This document shows positions 38,896 through 48,522 of a DNA stretch of 64,000 nt, piece by piece. Positions within the stretch are counted from its first letter, which is position 1. Every line of letters starts with the position of its first letter. Made by a program: the position numbers and the translations under genes. This DNA comes from an uncultured Planctomycetota bacterium (lineage in GTDB: Bacteria; Planctomycetota; Planctomycetia; Gemmatales; Gemmataceae). The stretch is from the NCBI GenBank assembly GCA_963849325.1, contig CAWKHF010000002.1, positions 768,001 through 832,000 of the forward strand. The letters run 5' to 3'. The notes under the pieces were generated by a model. It made no database searches and was not told the origin of the DNA. It saw only the letters and a list, made by a program, of their open reading frames with translations.

Positions 38896-39957
38896 TCACT
38901 TTGCCGGCGCGAGTTCCCCCGACTTGAGTTTCTTCAGTAGCGGCTTGACGACCTCGGCCGGGATGGCGTAGGTCTCGGTACGGCCGGCCCGCGCGATGTT
39001 GATGCCGATGACCTTGCCGTCGAGATCCACGAGCGGCCCGCCACAGTCGGAAGGACGCAGGACCGTATCGTGCTGCAGGATTTCGGGAAAGCCGGTGCGG
39101 CGGTCGCTGAGCTTGCCGCCCATCTGGTTCTGAAAATCGGAGCGATCCATCGGCCGCCTGTCGAGCTTCGGTTTCAGCTCCAGCTCCTCCTCATCGCGCT
39201 TGACGCGCACGGTAATCACTTGCTTGGGGCGCGTCTTGGCCAGGGCCTTGAACAGCGCATCGGGGTCGGCGATGGGCTTGTCGGAGACGGCGACAATGAT
39301 GTCGTCGGCCTCGAAGCCGGCCTTGGCGGCGGCGCTCTTGGGAATCACCTCGGCGACCTTGACGCCGTTCTTGACCGGGGCGACGCGAATGCCGAGAAAG
39401 CCGCCGCTACTGCTGCGCCGGCTCAGTTCCATGCCGCTGATCTTTCGGGCCGCCACGCTGAGGACGCCGACCGCCACGGGGACGTCGCTGACGCCCGGCG
39501 TCGCCAGCCAATTGCCGACCGCCTCGTGGGTGCTGTCGCGCCACACGACCGGCGGCAAATCCGTGACGTCGATCTTGAGCATGGCCAGGTCATAAGGTTC
39601 CGATAGGCCGACAAGGCGAGCCGACCGTTCGCGGCCGTCGCGCAGCCGGCATACGATGTCGCCTTTCAGTTCGCTGGCCTTGGTCACAATCCAGCCGTCC
39701 GCGCCGACGACGGCGCCGAGGGCCGCGTCCTGGTTATCGCAGCGGAAGCGAACCGTGCTGCGCGAGGGTCCGGCGACCGAGGCGCGGAAGGCGGCCAGAA
39801 ACTCCGGACTGGTGTTGAGGGCAACGTCGCTGCTGTCGCGGTCGCGCCGGCCGCGCTGAGCGTAGGCCGGCGCCGGCCCGCACAAACTCACGCCGAGGAC
39901 GAGGATCGCAAGCGCCTGAATCATCAGGCGAACACCAGGTTTTCGCAGATGGATCAT
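38896..39957 (-). CDS. Secreted trypsin-like/PDZ protein with degenerate catalytic triad
   Basis: WIVTKASE, YDLAML, internal PDZ (GGFLGI..SAAAKAGF..DDII) and LQHDTVLRPSDCGGPL. Confidence 0.8.
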   Translation of the reverse strand: MIHLRKPGVRLMIQALAILVLGVSLCGPAPAYAQRGRRDRDSSDVALNTSPEFLAAFRASVAGPSRSTVRFRCDNQDAALGAVVGADGWIVTKASELKGDIVCRLRDGRERSARLVGLSEPYDLAMLKIDVTDLPPVVWRDSTHEAVGNWLATPGVSDVPVAVGVLSVAARKISGMELSRRSSSGGFLGIRVAPVKNGVKVAEVIPKSAAAKAGFEADDIIVAVSDKPIADPDALFKALAKTRPKQVITVRVKRDEEELELKPKLDRRPMDRSDFQNQMGGKLSDRRTGFPEILQHDTVLRPSDCGGPLVDLDGKVIGINIARAGRTETYAIPAEVVKPLLKKLKSGELAPAK

Positions 39958-40001
39958 GGTTGAGGAACTCCGCGTGACACTCCTCGCTTGCCCTCATCAG
40001 G

Positions 40002-41000
40002 TCAGGCAGTGCGTTTGCCGACGACCACCTTGAGGTTGAGGACTTCTTTGCCGCGCCGCACTTCCAGGGGCACTTCGTCGCCCGGCTTGTGCTTGCGTAT
40101 CAGCGTGAGCAGGTCTTCCAGGTCGGCGACCTTCTTCTTGTCGAAGCGGACCACGACGTCGTCGGGCCGAAGTCCGGCCTTGGCCGCGGGCGAGTCTTTT
40201 TCGACCTCGGCGATGCGGCACTCCTTGGCGTCGGCGTTGAGGACGACGCCGATGTACGGCTCATTGCTGCGGCCGCCCCACACCTCGCCCTTGACGAGCC
40301 GGTCCCAGGTATCGCGGTAGGTGTCCGCCGGGACGTGGATGTTGAAGGTGATGCCCTCGCCGATGCGGCTGTGGATGCCGATGACCTTGCCGTCCAGGTC
40401 GAACAGCGGCCCGCCCGAGTCGCCGCCGACCAGCGGACAACTGGTGCGGATCATGCGGCCGCTGCGGTACAGCACCCGGCCCAGACGCACGACAGGCGTC
40501 CGGCCCGGCTTGTATCCGTCCGGGTGGCCCAGGGCGATGCACCACTGTCCCTTCTTGATCTTCGCCGAGTCTCCCATCTCGATGAACGGCCATTCGCCCT
40601 TGTCGGTGATCCGGATCATGCCGCTATCGATGCCCTGGTTGGAGCCGAGCGTTTTGCCCTTGAGTCTGCGGCCGTCGGACAGGATCACCGTCACGGTGCG
40701 ATCCGCTTCGCCGCTGATGTGCCCGGCCGTCAGGATGAGGCCGTCCTCGCTGACAAGGACGCCGCTGCCGGCGGCGTTGCCGATGCGGATGGCGACCGTG
40801 CAGGGCAGCGCCTTGGCCACCACTTTTTTGACCTGGTCCTGGATGACGCGCAGATCCTGGACCGTCTGCGGCACCGGTTTGTCCAGGGCCGGCGGCGCCT
40901 CGGCGCGTACCGGCGTCAGGACGGTCAGGCCGAGCAGCGACGAAAGGAAGAGGTACGTTCGCGGGAGCATGGTTCGGCGAGGATTCATCATGGGTGTCAC
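40002..41000 (-). CDS. Secreted S1C serine protease with PDZ domain
   Basis: GSGV, LTAGH, DSGM, GGDSGGPL and YIGV..SPAAKAGL. Start may be a downstream ATG. Confidence 0.88.
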   Translation of the reverse strand: MTPMMNPRRTMLPRTYLFLSSLLGLTVLTPVRAEAPPALDKPVPQTVQDLRVIQDQVKKVVAKALPCTVAIRIGNAAGSGVLVSEDGLILTAGHISGEADRTVTVILSDGRRLKGKTLGSNQGIDSGMIRITDKGEWPFIEMGDSAKIKKGQWCIALGHPDGYKPGRTPVVRLGRVLYRSGRMIRTSCPLVGGDSGGPLFDLDGKVIGIHSRIGEGITFNIHVPADTYRDTWDRLVKGEVWGGRSNEPYIGVVLNADAKECRIAEVEKDSPAAKAGLRPDDVVVRFDKKKVADLEDLLTLIRKHKPGDEVPLEVRRGKEVLNLKVVVGKRTA

Positions 41001-41411
41001 TCGAAATCATCCAGACGCTCTGACGATCCATTGTAGAGCGAACCGAGGGACGAGGTCCACCCTACAATTCCAGTGTAATCCAACGAGGCAAGGCGCTCAA
41101 AAGAAAATCGCCCCTGTTCTGACGATCCGCGCGACAGGGCAACGATCGCTGTTCCGAAGATCGGCAATCGGAATAGCGCGGAGGCGCGGAAGGGTGCAGG
41201 GGTGTAGCGGCAGCCCAATCGGCGACCGGTGGAAATTTCGCTTGATAGAGAATCGTCATGAGCTTGAGATAGCGGTGTTCGGGCGAGCCAGCGCGATCGA
41301 AGAACGAGTTCGGTCCCCGACTCTTGGCTGGGTCGGATTTGGTGACTGCGACCTTCGCCGGGAGTAGGGCGGTCGTCCTCTTACCGGCTCCTGTATGGAA
41401 GGATACAGCGT

Positions 41412-41657
41412 GTGGACGAGAGCTTACCGCTCCATGTCGCCACCCATCCGATAGAATACGTTTACAAGCACTTGGAGAAACATCACGGGATTCCGGCCCA
41501 CGTAGCGAGCAATCGGTTACACAAAATCAAGGACCAGAACGGACTACCTGCGAACTTCAACCTGCTTTTCCACCGAACAGGAAATATCTACCGTGCGGAT
41601 GACAGAACTTATCTCGGCAGCTTGACGCTCGGCGGAAAGACAGAAGGAGAAGGGTGA
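41412..41657 (+). CDS. Small His-rich protein, possible stand-alone toxin domain
   Basis: LEKHHGIPAHVASNRLHKIK...RTGNIY....YLGSLT. AT-richer than flanks; GTGA overlap with the next gene. Confidence 0.6.
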   Translation: MDESLPLHVATHPIEYVYKHLEKHHGIPAHVASNRLHKIKDQNGLPANFNLLFHRTGNIYRADDRTYLGSLTLGGKTEGEG

Positions 41658-41989
41658 TGACTGAGGTGTTAAAACCCAACAAAAAATATGGCCATGTTTA
41701 CGCGATTATTCGTTACGAGACGGACGCGGCGCAGGCGACGCCGATCGATCTTCGCGTCACCGTGAAGAAGATTGTTACAGACCCGCACTATGCGGAGAAG
41801 GAAGTACAACGCCTTAACGACCTAAACAAAGAAAAAGGATCCTATTACTTCTTGCAAGTTACCCGGTTTGAAGATGCACCTGTTCCATTCCAAGCTGTCC
41901 CACCGATTATGAGCAGTGACCGTGGAGATGCCGACGTCCAAGGTGTCGGAGCCGAACCGGGCGCGGCAGCAGACCGGCCACGCGAATAG
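41654..41989 (+). CDS. Small hypothetical protein whose 3' end runs into an attC-like site
   Basis: VYAIIRYE..VTVKKIV..AEKEVQRLNDLN..YYFLQVTR; RBS AGGAG. Confidence 0.65.
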   Translation: MMTEVLKPNKKYGHVYAIIRYETDAAQATPIDLRVTVKKIVTDPHYAEKEVQRLNDLNKEKGSYYFLQVTRFEDAPVPFQAVPPIMSSDRGDADVQGVGAEPGAAADRPRE

Positions 41990-42051
41990 CGCCCGTGCCT
42001 GCCATGCTGTTTTCTCCCACGTGAGCCGGCTGCTCCATTGCGTCGTTCGGC
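41951..42051 (+). mobile_element. Integron attC-like recombination site
   Basis: GCCGAAC ... GTTCGGC ends. Inner arms AGCAGACCGGCCACG / CGTGAGCCGGCTGCT pair with unpaired extra bases; 101 bp. Confidence 0.62.
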
Positions 42052-42102
42052 AGATCGATGGCGCGTCGAGAACGACTCGGCGCTGCGTAAGGGAAGGGAC
42101 AG

Positions 42103-44247
42103 GTGATGAGAACAAGCGCGCTGGAGCGGCGGTTTTTTCTGGTGGTTACATCGGTCGTCGCCGCACTGTGCCTCAACCGCCCGGTGTCGGGACGGCCGTT
42201 GGAATGGACATCCGCCACACCGGAAAGCCAGGGAATGGCGAAGGAGAAGCTCGACGCCCTCAAGGACGAATTGGCGAAGCGCAAGACCCACGCCTTCCTG
42301 GTCGTCCGCAACGACAAGATCGTCTACGAGTGGTACGCGGCCGGGTACGGTGCGAACAAGAAACATGGGGCCGCGTCCCTGTCCAAGGCGACGGTTGCCG
42401 GCCTGGCACTGGCGCTGCTTTTGAGCGACCGCAAACTCCAGCTCGATACGCCGGTCGCCGAGTTGGTGCCGGCCTGGAACGATGACCCCCGTAAACGCAA
42501 GGTCACGCTGCGCCATCTTGGCACGCACACGTCCGGACTGGCCGACGCCGAACAAGGCCGCCTGCCCCACGACAAACTCCCCGGCTGGAAAGGCGACTTT
42601 TGGAAACGACTTGACCCACCCAACGATCCTTTCACCCTCGCGCGGGACAAAGCACCGGTCCTGTTCGAGCCGGGGACGAAGTTGCAGTACAGCAATCCCG
42701 GAATCGCCATGCTAGGCTATGCCGTTACCGCGGCCTTGAAGGACGCGCCGCACAAGGACATCCGCACTCTGCTCCGCGACCGCGTGATGCGGCCGATCGG
42801 CGTGGCCGACAGCGAATGGTCGATCGGCTATGGCCAGACGTTCCGGGTCGATGGCTTGCCCCTGGTCGCGGGCTGGGGCGGTGGAAGTTATACCGCTCGG
42901 GCCTCGGCCCGCATCGGCCGACTCTTGCTCCGCGAAGGCGACTGGAACGGTCAACGCATCCTCGGCAAGAAGGCGGTAGGCCAGGTAACGGGCGACGCCG
43001 GCCTGCCCGGCCATTGTGGCATGGGCTTCTGGACCAACGCCGATGGTCGTTATTCCCGTTTGCCCAGGGATACCTACTACGGCGCCGGGGCCGGCGATCA
43101 GCTCTTGATCGTGGTTCCCAGCCGGAACTTGATCGTGGTTCGCAACGGCGAAACGCTCGCCCCCGAACCGAAGAACGCCAAGGACGTGTTTGAAGCCTTT
43201 CACGATCCGCGCGTGAAGGTCCTCTTTGAGCCGCTTTTGGACGCGATCACCGACCGCCCCAAGCAATCCCGTACCGCTCCCTACCCGTCCAGCAAGGTGA
43301 TCGCGGGCATCGACTGGGCGCCAAAGGAAGCAATCATCCGCAAAGCCAGGGGCAGCGACAACTGGCCGCTCACCTGGGCGGAGGACGATCACCAGTACAC
43401 GGCCTATGGCGACGGCCGGGGTTTCGAACCGTTTGTGCCGAAGAAGCTGGGACTGGGATTCGCTCGGATCGAGGGCGACCCGCCCGGCTTCCAGGGCGTC
43501 AACATCCCTTCTTCCAGCGGCGAACAGTTCGGCGATGGGGCCGCGTCGAGGAAGGCCAGCGGCCTTCTCTGCGTCGAGGGCGTGCTGTACCTGTGGACGC
43601 GCAACGCCGGCAACGCGCAGCTGGCCTGGTCGAAGGACCACGGTCGGACGTGGCAATGGGCCTCCTGGAAGTTCACGACAAGCTTCGGCTGCCCGACGTT
43701 TCTGAACTTCGGCAAAAACTACACGGGTGCCCGCGACGAGTTCGTCTACGTCTACTCGCACGACGCCGACAGCGCGTACAAGCCGGCCGACCGCATGGTC
43801 CTGGCCCGCGTCCCCAGGCGAAACATCACGCAGCGCAATGCCTACGAGTTTTTCCGAGGTCTGGACGCCGAGGGACGGCCGCTCTGGTCGAAAGCACTTG
43901 CCGATCGCGCCGCCGTCTTCACGGACAAAGGAAGGTGTTACCGCTCCGGCATCACCTACAACGCCGGCCTTCAACGCTACCTGTGGGTGCAGATCCTTCC
44001 GGGAACGGAAGGCCGGAAGGCCGACACCCGCTTCGAGGGCGGTTTCGCCATCTATGATGCCCCGGAGCCGTGGGGAACGTGGACGACGGTTTACTTCACC
44101 GAGAAATGGGACGTCGGTCCGGGCGAAACGGCCAGCTTCCCAACCAAGTGGATGAGCACCGACGGCAAGACCGTTCATCTGGTGTTTTCGGGGGACGATT
44201 CCTTTGCCGTCCGCGAAGCGCGCCTGACGGTTGCCGGTACGAAGTAA
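42103..44247 (+). CDS. Secreted beta-lactamase-fold serine hydrolase fused to a DUF4185-like beta-propeller
   Basis: ASLSK (SxxK), LRHLGTHTSG, YSN and GAGDQ; then GSDNWPLTW..YTAYGDG, WSKDHGRTW, APEPWGTW and FPTKW. Confidence 0.78.
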   Translation: MMRTSALERRFFLVVTSVVAALCLNRPVSGRPLEWTSATPESQGMAKEKLDALKDELAKRKTHAFLVVRNDKIVYEWYAAGYGANKKHGAASLSKATVAGLALALLLSDRKLQLDTPVAELVPAWNDDPRKRKVTLRHLGTHTSGLADAEQGRLPHDKLPGWKGDFWKRLDPPNDPFTLARDKAPVLFEPGTKLQYSNPGIAMLGYAVTAALKDAPHKDIRTLLRDRVMRPIGVADSEWSIGYGQTFRVDGLPLVAGWGGGSYTARASARIGRLLLREGDWNGQRILGKKAVGQVTGDAGLPGHCGMGFWTNADGRYSRLPRDTYYGAGAGDQLLIVVPSRNLIVVRNGETLAPEPKNAKDVFEAFHDPRVKVLFEPLLDAITDRPKQSRTAPYPSSKVIAGIDWAPKEAIIRKARGSDNWPLTWAEDDHQYTAYGDGRGFEPFVPKKLGLGFARIEGDPPGFQGVNIPSSSGEQFGDGAASRKASGLLCVEGVLYLWTRNAGNAQLAWSKDHGRTWQWASWKFTTSFGCPTFLNFGKNYTGARDEFVYVYSHDADSAYKPADRMVLARVPRRNITQRNAYEFFRGLDAEGRPLWSKALADRAAVFTDKGRCYRSGITYNAGLQRYLWVQILPGTEGRKADTRFEGGFAIYDAPEPWGTWTTVYFTEKWDVGPGETASFPTKWMSTDGKTVHLVFSGDDSFAVREARLTVAGTK

Positions 44248-44316
44248 TCGCCGCCCAGCTTGGCATTGACGATGACGTGTCCGGAGTACCGCCCGGGAGA
44301 GCGGAAACAAGTTGCC

Positions 44317-44670
44317 TCATCGGAGCGGCAGGTAACGTACTTGACCTTCCCACTCCCCGTCCAAGCTGCACTCGGCCAGCAGCACGATCTCCTCGATGGC
44401 AACCCCGATCGGCACGTGTCGCCCGACCTCGAAGACGCCCGGCATCGGCTTTCCCTCCCGCACGCGGTCATACGCATAACGAGTCATCGTCGCCACGTCA
44501 TGCGTCAGCAAGACGCGGCCTGACTGTGCCGCCCACTCCAGAATGGTTGGGTCATCGGCCGACAATAGCCCCGCGTCTTGCACACGTGCAATGTCCACAG
44601 CCGGATCTCGGCGGTGGACGCCCCGTACGATGTCGTTGTTGAAGTTCTCATCCGCAGCGAGTCGGAGCAT
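44317..44670 (-). CDS. DUF5615 PIN-like toxin (VapC45-type)
   Basis: LAADENF, DDPTILEWA and GRVLLTHD. Confidence 0.85.
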   Translation of the reverse strand: MLRLAADENFNNDIVRGVHRRDPAVDIARVQDAGLLSADDPTILEWAAQSGRVLLTHDVATMTRYAYDRVREGKPMPGVFEVGRHVPIGVAIEEIVLLAECSLDGEWEGQVRYLPLR

Positions 44671-44676
44671 TGTCGC

Positions 44677-45006
44677 TCATCCTTGACGCCGCCGGGAAAG
44701 AAGGCGGTCGCGGATTCCGGTAGGGTTAAAGCGAACCTCGTTCTCCCGCCGGACGTCGTCGGCGAAGTGCCGACGGCCGCGCAAGTACGCTTCGACTTCT
44801 TCGCGGTGATTGAGAACGTAGCCAATGACCGAATAGACCTGGGCCAATTGTAGAGAGGGATACTGTTCAACGATTCCCTCCGGCGTCATCCCCTCCTGGA
44901 AGGCCGCGACCACCGTATCAAGGGTCACGCGGGTGGAACCGATGCGTACCACGCCATCGGCATCACTCGCCAGCGGTGCAGGCTCGGGGATCACCAACAG
45001 CGACAT
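44677..45006 (-). CDS. DUF433 antitoxin (VapB45-type)
   Basis: RIGSTRVTLDTVV..FQEGMTPEGIVEQYPSL.LAQVYSVIGY. Confidence 0.87.
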   Translation of the reverse strand: MSLLVIPEPAPLASDADGVVRIGSTRVTLDTVVAAFQEGMTPEGIVEQYPSLQLAQVYSVIGYVLNHREEVEAYLRGRRHFADDVRRENEVRFNPTGIRDRLLSRRRQG

Positions 45007-45054
45007 GCGATCACCTCCTCCAGCCGTTTCCCCTGCGTCCATCCTCTTTCTTTC

Positions 45055-45083
45055 AGTGTACGCCGGTGGCGACCAGCGCTCAA
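45055..45083 (-). promoter_or_regulatory. sigma70-type promoter of the DUF433/DUF5615 pair
   Basis: Minus strand TTGAGC-N17-TACACT. Confidence 0.55.
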
Positions 45084-45114
45084 ACGGCAGTTCGTTCGCA
45101 TGGACGTCCGAGCG

Positions 45115-47745
45115 TCATTCGTAGGCGATGGCCTCAGCGATACGTAGGCGCGTGGCATGATACGCCGGCCACAGACCGACGAGCGTGGCCAGCACCACGG
45201 ACAGACCTAGGACGACGGCGGCCGGCTTCCACGGCACCAGCATGGGGAAGACGAAGCCAGCCTCGTCGAACAGGAGCAAGCGGATCGTGTACCACTCGAT
45301 GAACAGGCCGATCAGGAAACCGAGGATCGCTCCGAAGAAACCCATCAGGGCCGCCTCCGCCAGGACGGTGCCGAGCACCTGGCCGCGCGACGCACCCACG
45401 GCCCGCAGCAGTCCCAACTCGCGCCGGCGCTGCAACACCGAGATGAACAGGGCGCTGACCACGCCCAGCAGCGTCACCAGGCCGACGATGAAAAACTGAG
45501 CGTAGCCCAGCAGATAGACGCGATCGATGCCTTCCTCGATGCTCTTGTGCATCTGGGCCCGTGTCGCCGCGTACAGCGCTTCCTGCTGGCCCCACTTCGC
45601 CTGGACCTGCTCGCGCACGGCTTCCGCATCGGCGCCCGGCTTCAAATAGACGTCCCAGATGTCCACCAGATTGTCACCGTAGACGCGGCGAAACCAGGCG
45701 CGATCGACAAGGATGGTGCCGCGGTTCCAGGTGTAATCAACGATGACGCCAATCACTTCCAGCGTAAGGGGGCCATCCCGTCCGCGCACGGTGATCTGAT
45801 CCCCCGGATGGACGTTATACAGAGCGGCGAAGTTTTCCGACACCAGCGCCCTGCCGCCTTCGCGCAGGCTCGGATAATTGTGAGCCAGCGTTTGCCGAGT
45901 GCGTGGGTGGTCCTCCGCGAAAGCGTCGGTATCGAACGCCAGCATGAAAACGAGACGTTCGCGGAAATCGAGGATGTGAAAACGGATGCCGACCGCCGCC
46001 TCGATTTCCGGCAGGGACATCAGTTTGTCGCGTAGATGGGCATCCATTGGCTGCGTCAGGCTGGCCGAATCGATCGAGCCGCCGCAGGTGACGAACAGGT
46101 CGGCGGCGATCTTGTCATCGACCCAGGTGTAGACGGTCTCCTTGGTGCTGTGGATGAAGCCGGCCAGACCGAAGACGAGTCCGGCCGTGGCCGCCAGGGC
46201 GGCGATGACGATGCCGGTTCGTCCAGGACTGCGCACGAGGTTGTCGGCGGCGAGCCGGCTCTCCAGCCCGAGGTACGCGCGCACGACCGGCCGCAACAGG
46301 CGACCCATCAGCTCGGTCGCCAGGGGGACCAGGACCAGCCCGCTCACAAACAGCAGGACGGCCCCGGCGAAGACGCCGACGCGGCGCGGCAGATGTTCGC
46401 GTCCCATGACCGAGGCGGCGCCGGCCAGCAACAACAAGGCGATGGCGGACAGGTGCAGGACACGATGACGAAAGCGGCTACTCCGCGGTACGCGGCGGAC
46501 AGCGTCGGCCGGCTCCTCCGAGGCGGCTTGCAAGGCCGGCACCAGCGCCGCCAGCATCGCCGTGCCGACGCCGGACACCAACGCGATCAGCATCAGCGAG
46601 GGCGACAGTTGCAGCGAGGCGCCCCCCATCGGCACGAACACGTCGCTGAGGAAGCCCAGCAGCGGACGCAGCGTCAACCAGCCCAACCCCCAGCCCAGCG
46701 GCAGACCGAGCGCCGAACCGACCAGCCCCAGCAGGGCGGCCTCACCCAGGAATAGGCCGGCCACCTGGCTGCGCGTCGCCCCCACCGAGCGCAGGATGCC
46801 GATGTCGTGCCGACGCTCGGCCACGCTGACCGATAGCACGTTGTAGACGAGGAACAACCCGACCACCAGCGCGATGGCCCCGCCGATGTCGAAGCCCAGT
46901 TCCAGCCCGCCCGTCACATCGCGTACCGCTTCGTAGTTCGACTCCAGAGTGCGTACCTCGGCCCGGTCGCCGACGTACTCTTTCAGCCGCTGCCGCACCT
47001 GCTGCCGATCCGCTCCCGGCTCGACGAGAATGTTGATCTGGCTGACGTTCTCGCGCCGCTGGGGAAAGATCAAGGCGGCGGCGTCGCCGAGGTCCATGAC
47101 GACGAAATTGCCCTCTCTCAGTGCCGCCACGTTCCGGAAATGGACCGTGCCCAGCAAGCGGAAGCTGCTCCGCTTGCTGGCGGCTAACGCCTGAAATTCC
47201 TTGCCGTCGTTAGGGAGTTTGTCTTCAAGATCTCGCCCGAGCTTCTCGCCGACCAGCACCGGCGTGCGTCCGCGTAGACGCTCGCCCATCAGCCACAACA
47301 AACCGGCCGGCTCGAACGGATTGTGGAGCCAGTGAATTTCGGCGCCCCAGGGGTTGTCCGCCTGGGACTGGGCGTTCGGCAGATCGTGGGCTGCGGACCA
47401 GTCGAGTCCGAACAGCCACACGGATCGGCCCTTCTTATCGAGCTGCGGCAGGGTGATGCGGCCGAGGATGATCGGCTGGGCGTCGCGCAGACCGGGAATG
47501 TCGGCCTTTTTCAGCTCACCGGCCAACGGACGCGGTACGCCGGTCTGGGCGTTCATGACGACTAGGTCGGCGACCTTGGCCATAGGATTGACGGCCTCGG
47601 GCCCTTCCTGGTGAATACTCTGATTGAGCAGGCGCGTGGCTACCAGCGTGGTCACGCCCAGCGAGATGCTGAGGACGATCAGCACCGCCCGCGTCGGATG
47701 CAGGCGCAAATAACCAACGCTCAGGCTGCGGTGAAGTGCCAGCAT
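45115..47745 (-). CDS. ABC transporter permease, double MacB/FtsX type
   Basis: Two repeats: SVAERRHDIGILRSVGATRSQV and SVLQRRRELGLLRAVGASRGQV; ends AEAIAYE. Confidence 0.9.
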   Translation of the reverse strand: MLALHRSLSVGYLRLHPTRAVLIVLSISLGVTTLVATRLLNQSIHQEGPEAVNPMAKVADLVVMNAQTGVPRPLAGELKKADIPGLRDAQPIILGRITLPQLDKKGRSVWLFGLDWSAAHDLPNAQSQADNPWGAEIHWLHNPFEPAGLLWLMGERLRGRTPVLVGEKLGRDLEDKLPNDGKEFQALAASKRSSFRLLGTVHFRNVAALREGNFVVMDLGDAAALIFPQRRENVSQINILVEPGADRQQVRQRLKEYVGDRAEVRTLESNYEAVRDVTGGLELGFDIGGAIALVVGLFLVYNVLSVSVAERRHDIGILRSVGATRSQVAGLFLGEAALLGLVGSALGLPLGWGLGWLTLRPLLGFLSDVFVPMGGASLQLSPSLMLIALVSGVGTAMLAALVPALQAASEEPADAVRRVPRSSRFRHRVLHLSAIALLLLAGAASVMGREHLPRRVGVFAGAVLLFVSGLVLVPLATELMGRLLRPVVRAYLGLESRLAADNLVRSPGRTGIVIAALAATAGLVFGLAGFIHSTKETVYTWVDDKIAADLFVTCGGSIDSASLTQPMDAHLRDKLMSLPEIEAAVGIRFHILDFRERLVFMLAFDTDAFAEDHPRTRQTLAHNYPSLREGGRALVSENFAALYNVHPGDQITVRGRDGPLTLEVIGVIVDYTWNRGTILVDRAWFRRVYGDNLVDIWDVYLKPGADAEAVREQVQAKWGQQEALYAATRAQMHKSIEEGIDRVYLLGYAQFFIVGLVTLLGVVSALFISVLQRRRELGLLRAVGASRGQVLGTVLAEAALMGFFGAILGFLIGLFIEWYTIRLLLFDEAGFVFPMLVPWKPAAVVLGLSVVLATLVGLWPAYHATRLRIAEAIAYE

Positions 47746-47758
47746 GTCGAGGCCCGTG

Positions 47759-48505
47759 TCATCGAGGATGGAAGGTCGAGGAGGACATCGGCGTGAAACT
47801 CTCGGGGGAGGCCGGCTGTCCGTTGCGCGACAGGTCGTCGATGCCCGCGAGGAGGCCATCGCGGATGTGCACCAGGCGGTCGCCGTAGGCGGCGGCCTGC
47901 GGATCGTGCGTCACCATGACGACGCTGCGCCGTCCCGATTCCGGCAGACTGCGCAGCAGGTTCAGGATGTCGCGGCTGTTGGCCGAATCGAGGTTGCCGG
48001 TCGGCTCATCGCACAGCACGGCGTCCGGCTCCATGACCAGGGCGCGAGCGACGGCCACGCGCTGCATTTCGCCGCCGGACATCTCCTCCGGGTGGTGTTC
48101 GCCGCGGTGTCCCAGGCCGACGCGCTCCAGGGCGGCGACCGCCAAGATCAAGGCGCGGCCCCGCGGCTGGCCTTCGAGAAACAGCGGCAGGGCCACGTTC
48201 TCCGCCGCCGTCAACGTCGGCAGCAGGTTGAAGAATTGAAAGACGAAACCGATCTTCGTCCGCCGAAATTTGGACCGTTCTCGATCCGACATCGTGTGCA
48301 GATCGCGTCCCTGGAATAGCGCTCGACCCGTCGTCGGCGTATCGAGGGCGCCCAGCAGGTGCATCAAGGTGGACTTGCCGGAGCCACTGGGTCCCATGAT
48401 CGACACGAACTCGCCGGCGGCGATGGTCAGGCTCACGCCGCGCACGGCGTGGACTGGCGTTCGTCCGGTATTGTAGACTTTCGTGACCTCGACCAGTTCC
48501 ATCAT
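47759..48505 (-). CDS. ABC transporter ATP-binding protein (LolD/MacB type)
   Basis: GPSGSGKST, GFVFQFFNL, MSGGEMQRVA, DEPTGNLD and VTHD. Confidence 0.93.
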   Translation of the reverse strand: MMELVEVTKVYNTGRTPVHAVRGVSLTIAAGEFVSIMGPSGSGKSTLMHLLGALDTPTTGRALFQGRDLHTMSDRERSKFRRTKIGFVFQFFNLLPTLTAAENVALPLFLEGQPRGRALILAVAALERVGLGHRGEHHPEEMSGGEMQRVAVARALVMEPDAVLCDEPTGNLDSANSRDILNLLRSLPESGRRSVVMVTHDPQAAAYGDRLVHIRDGLLAGIDDLSRNGQPASPESFTPMSSSTFHPR

Positions 48506-48522
48506 GAGGAAGGCTCCGACTA

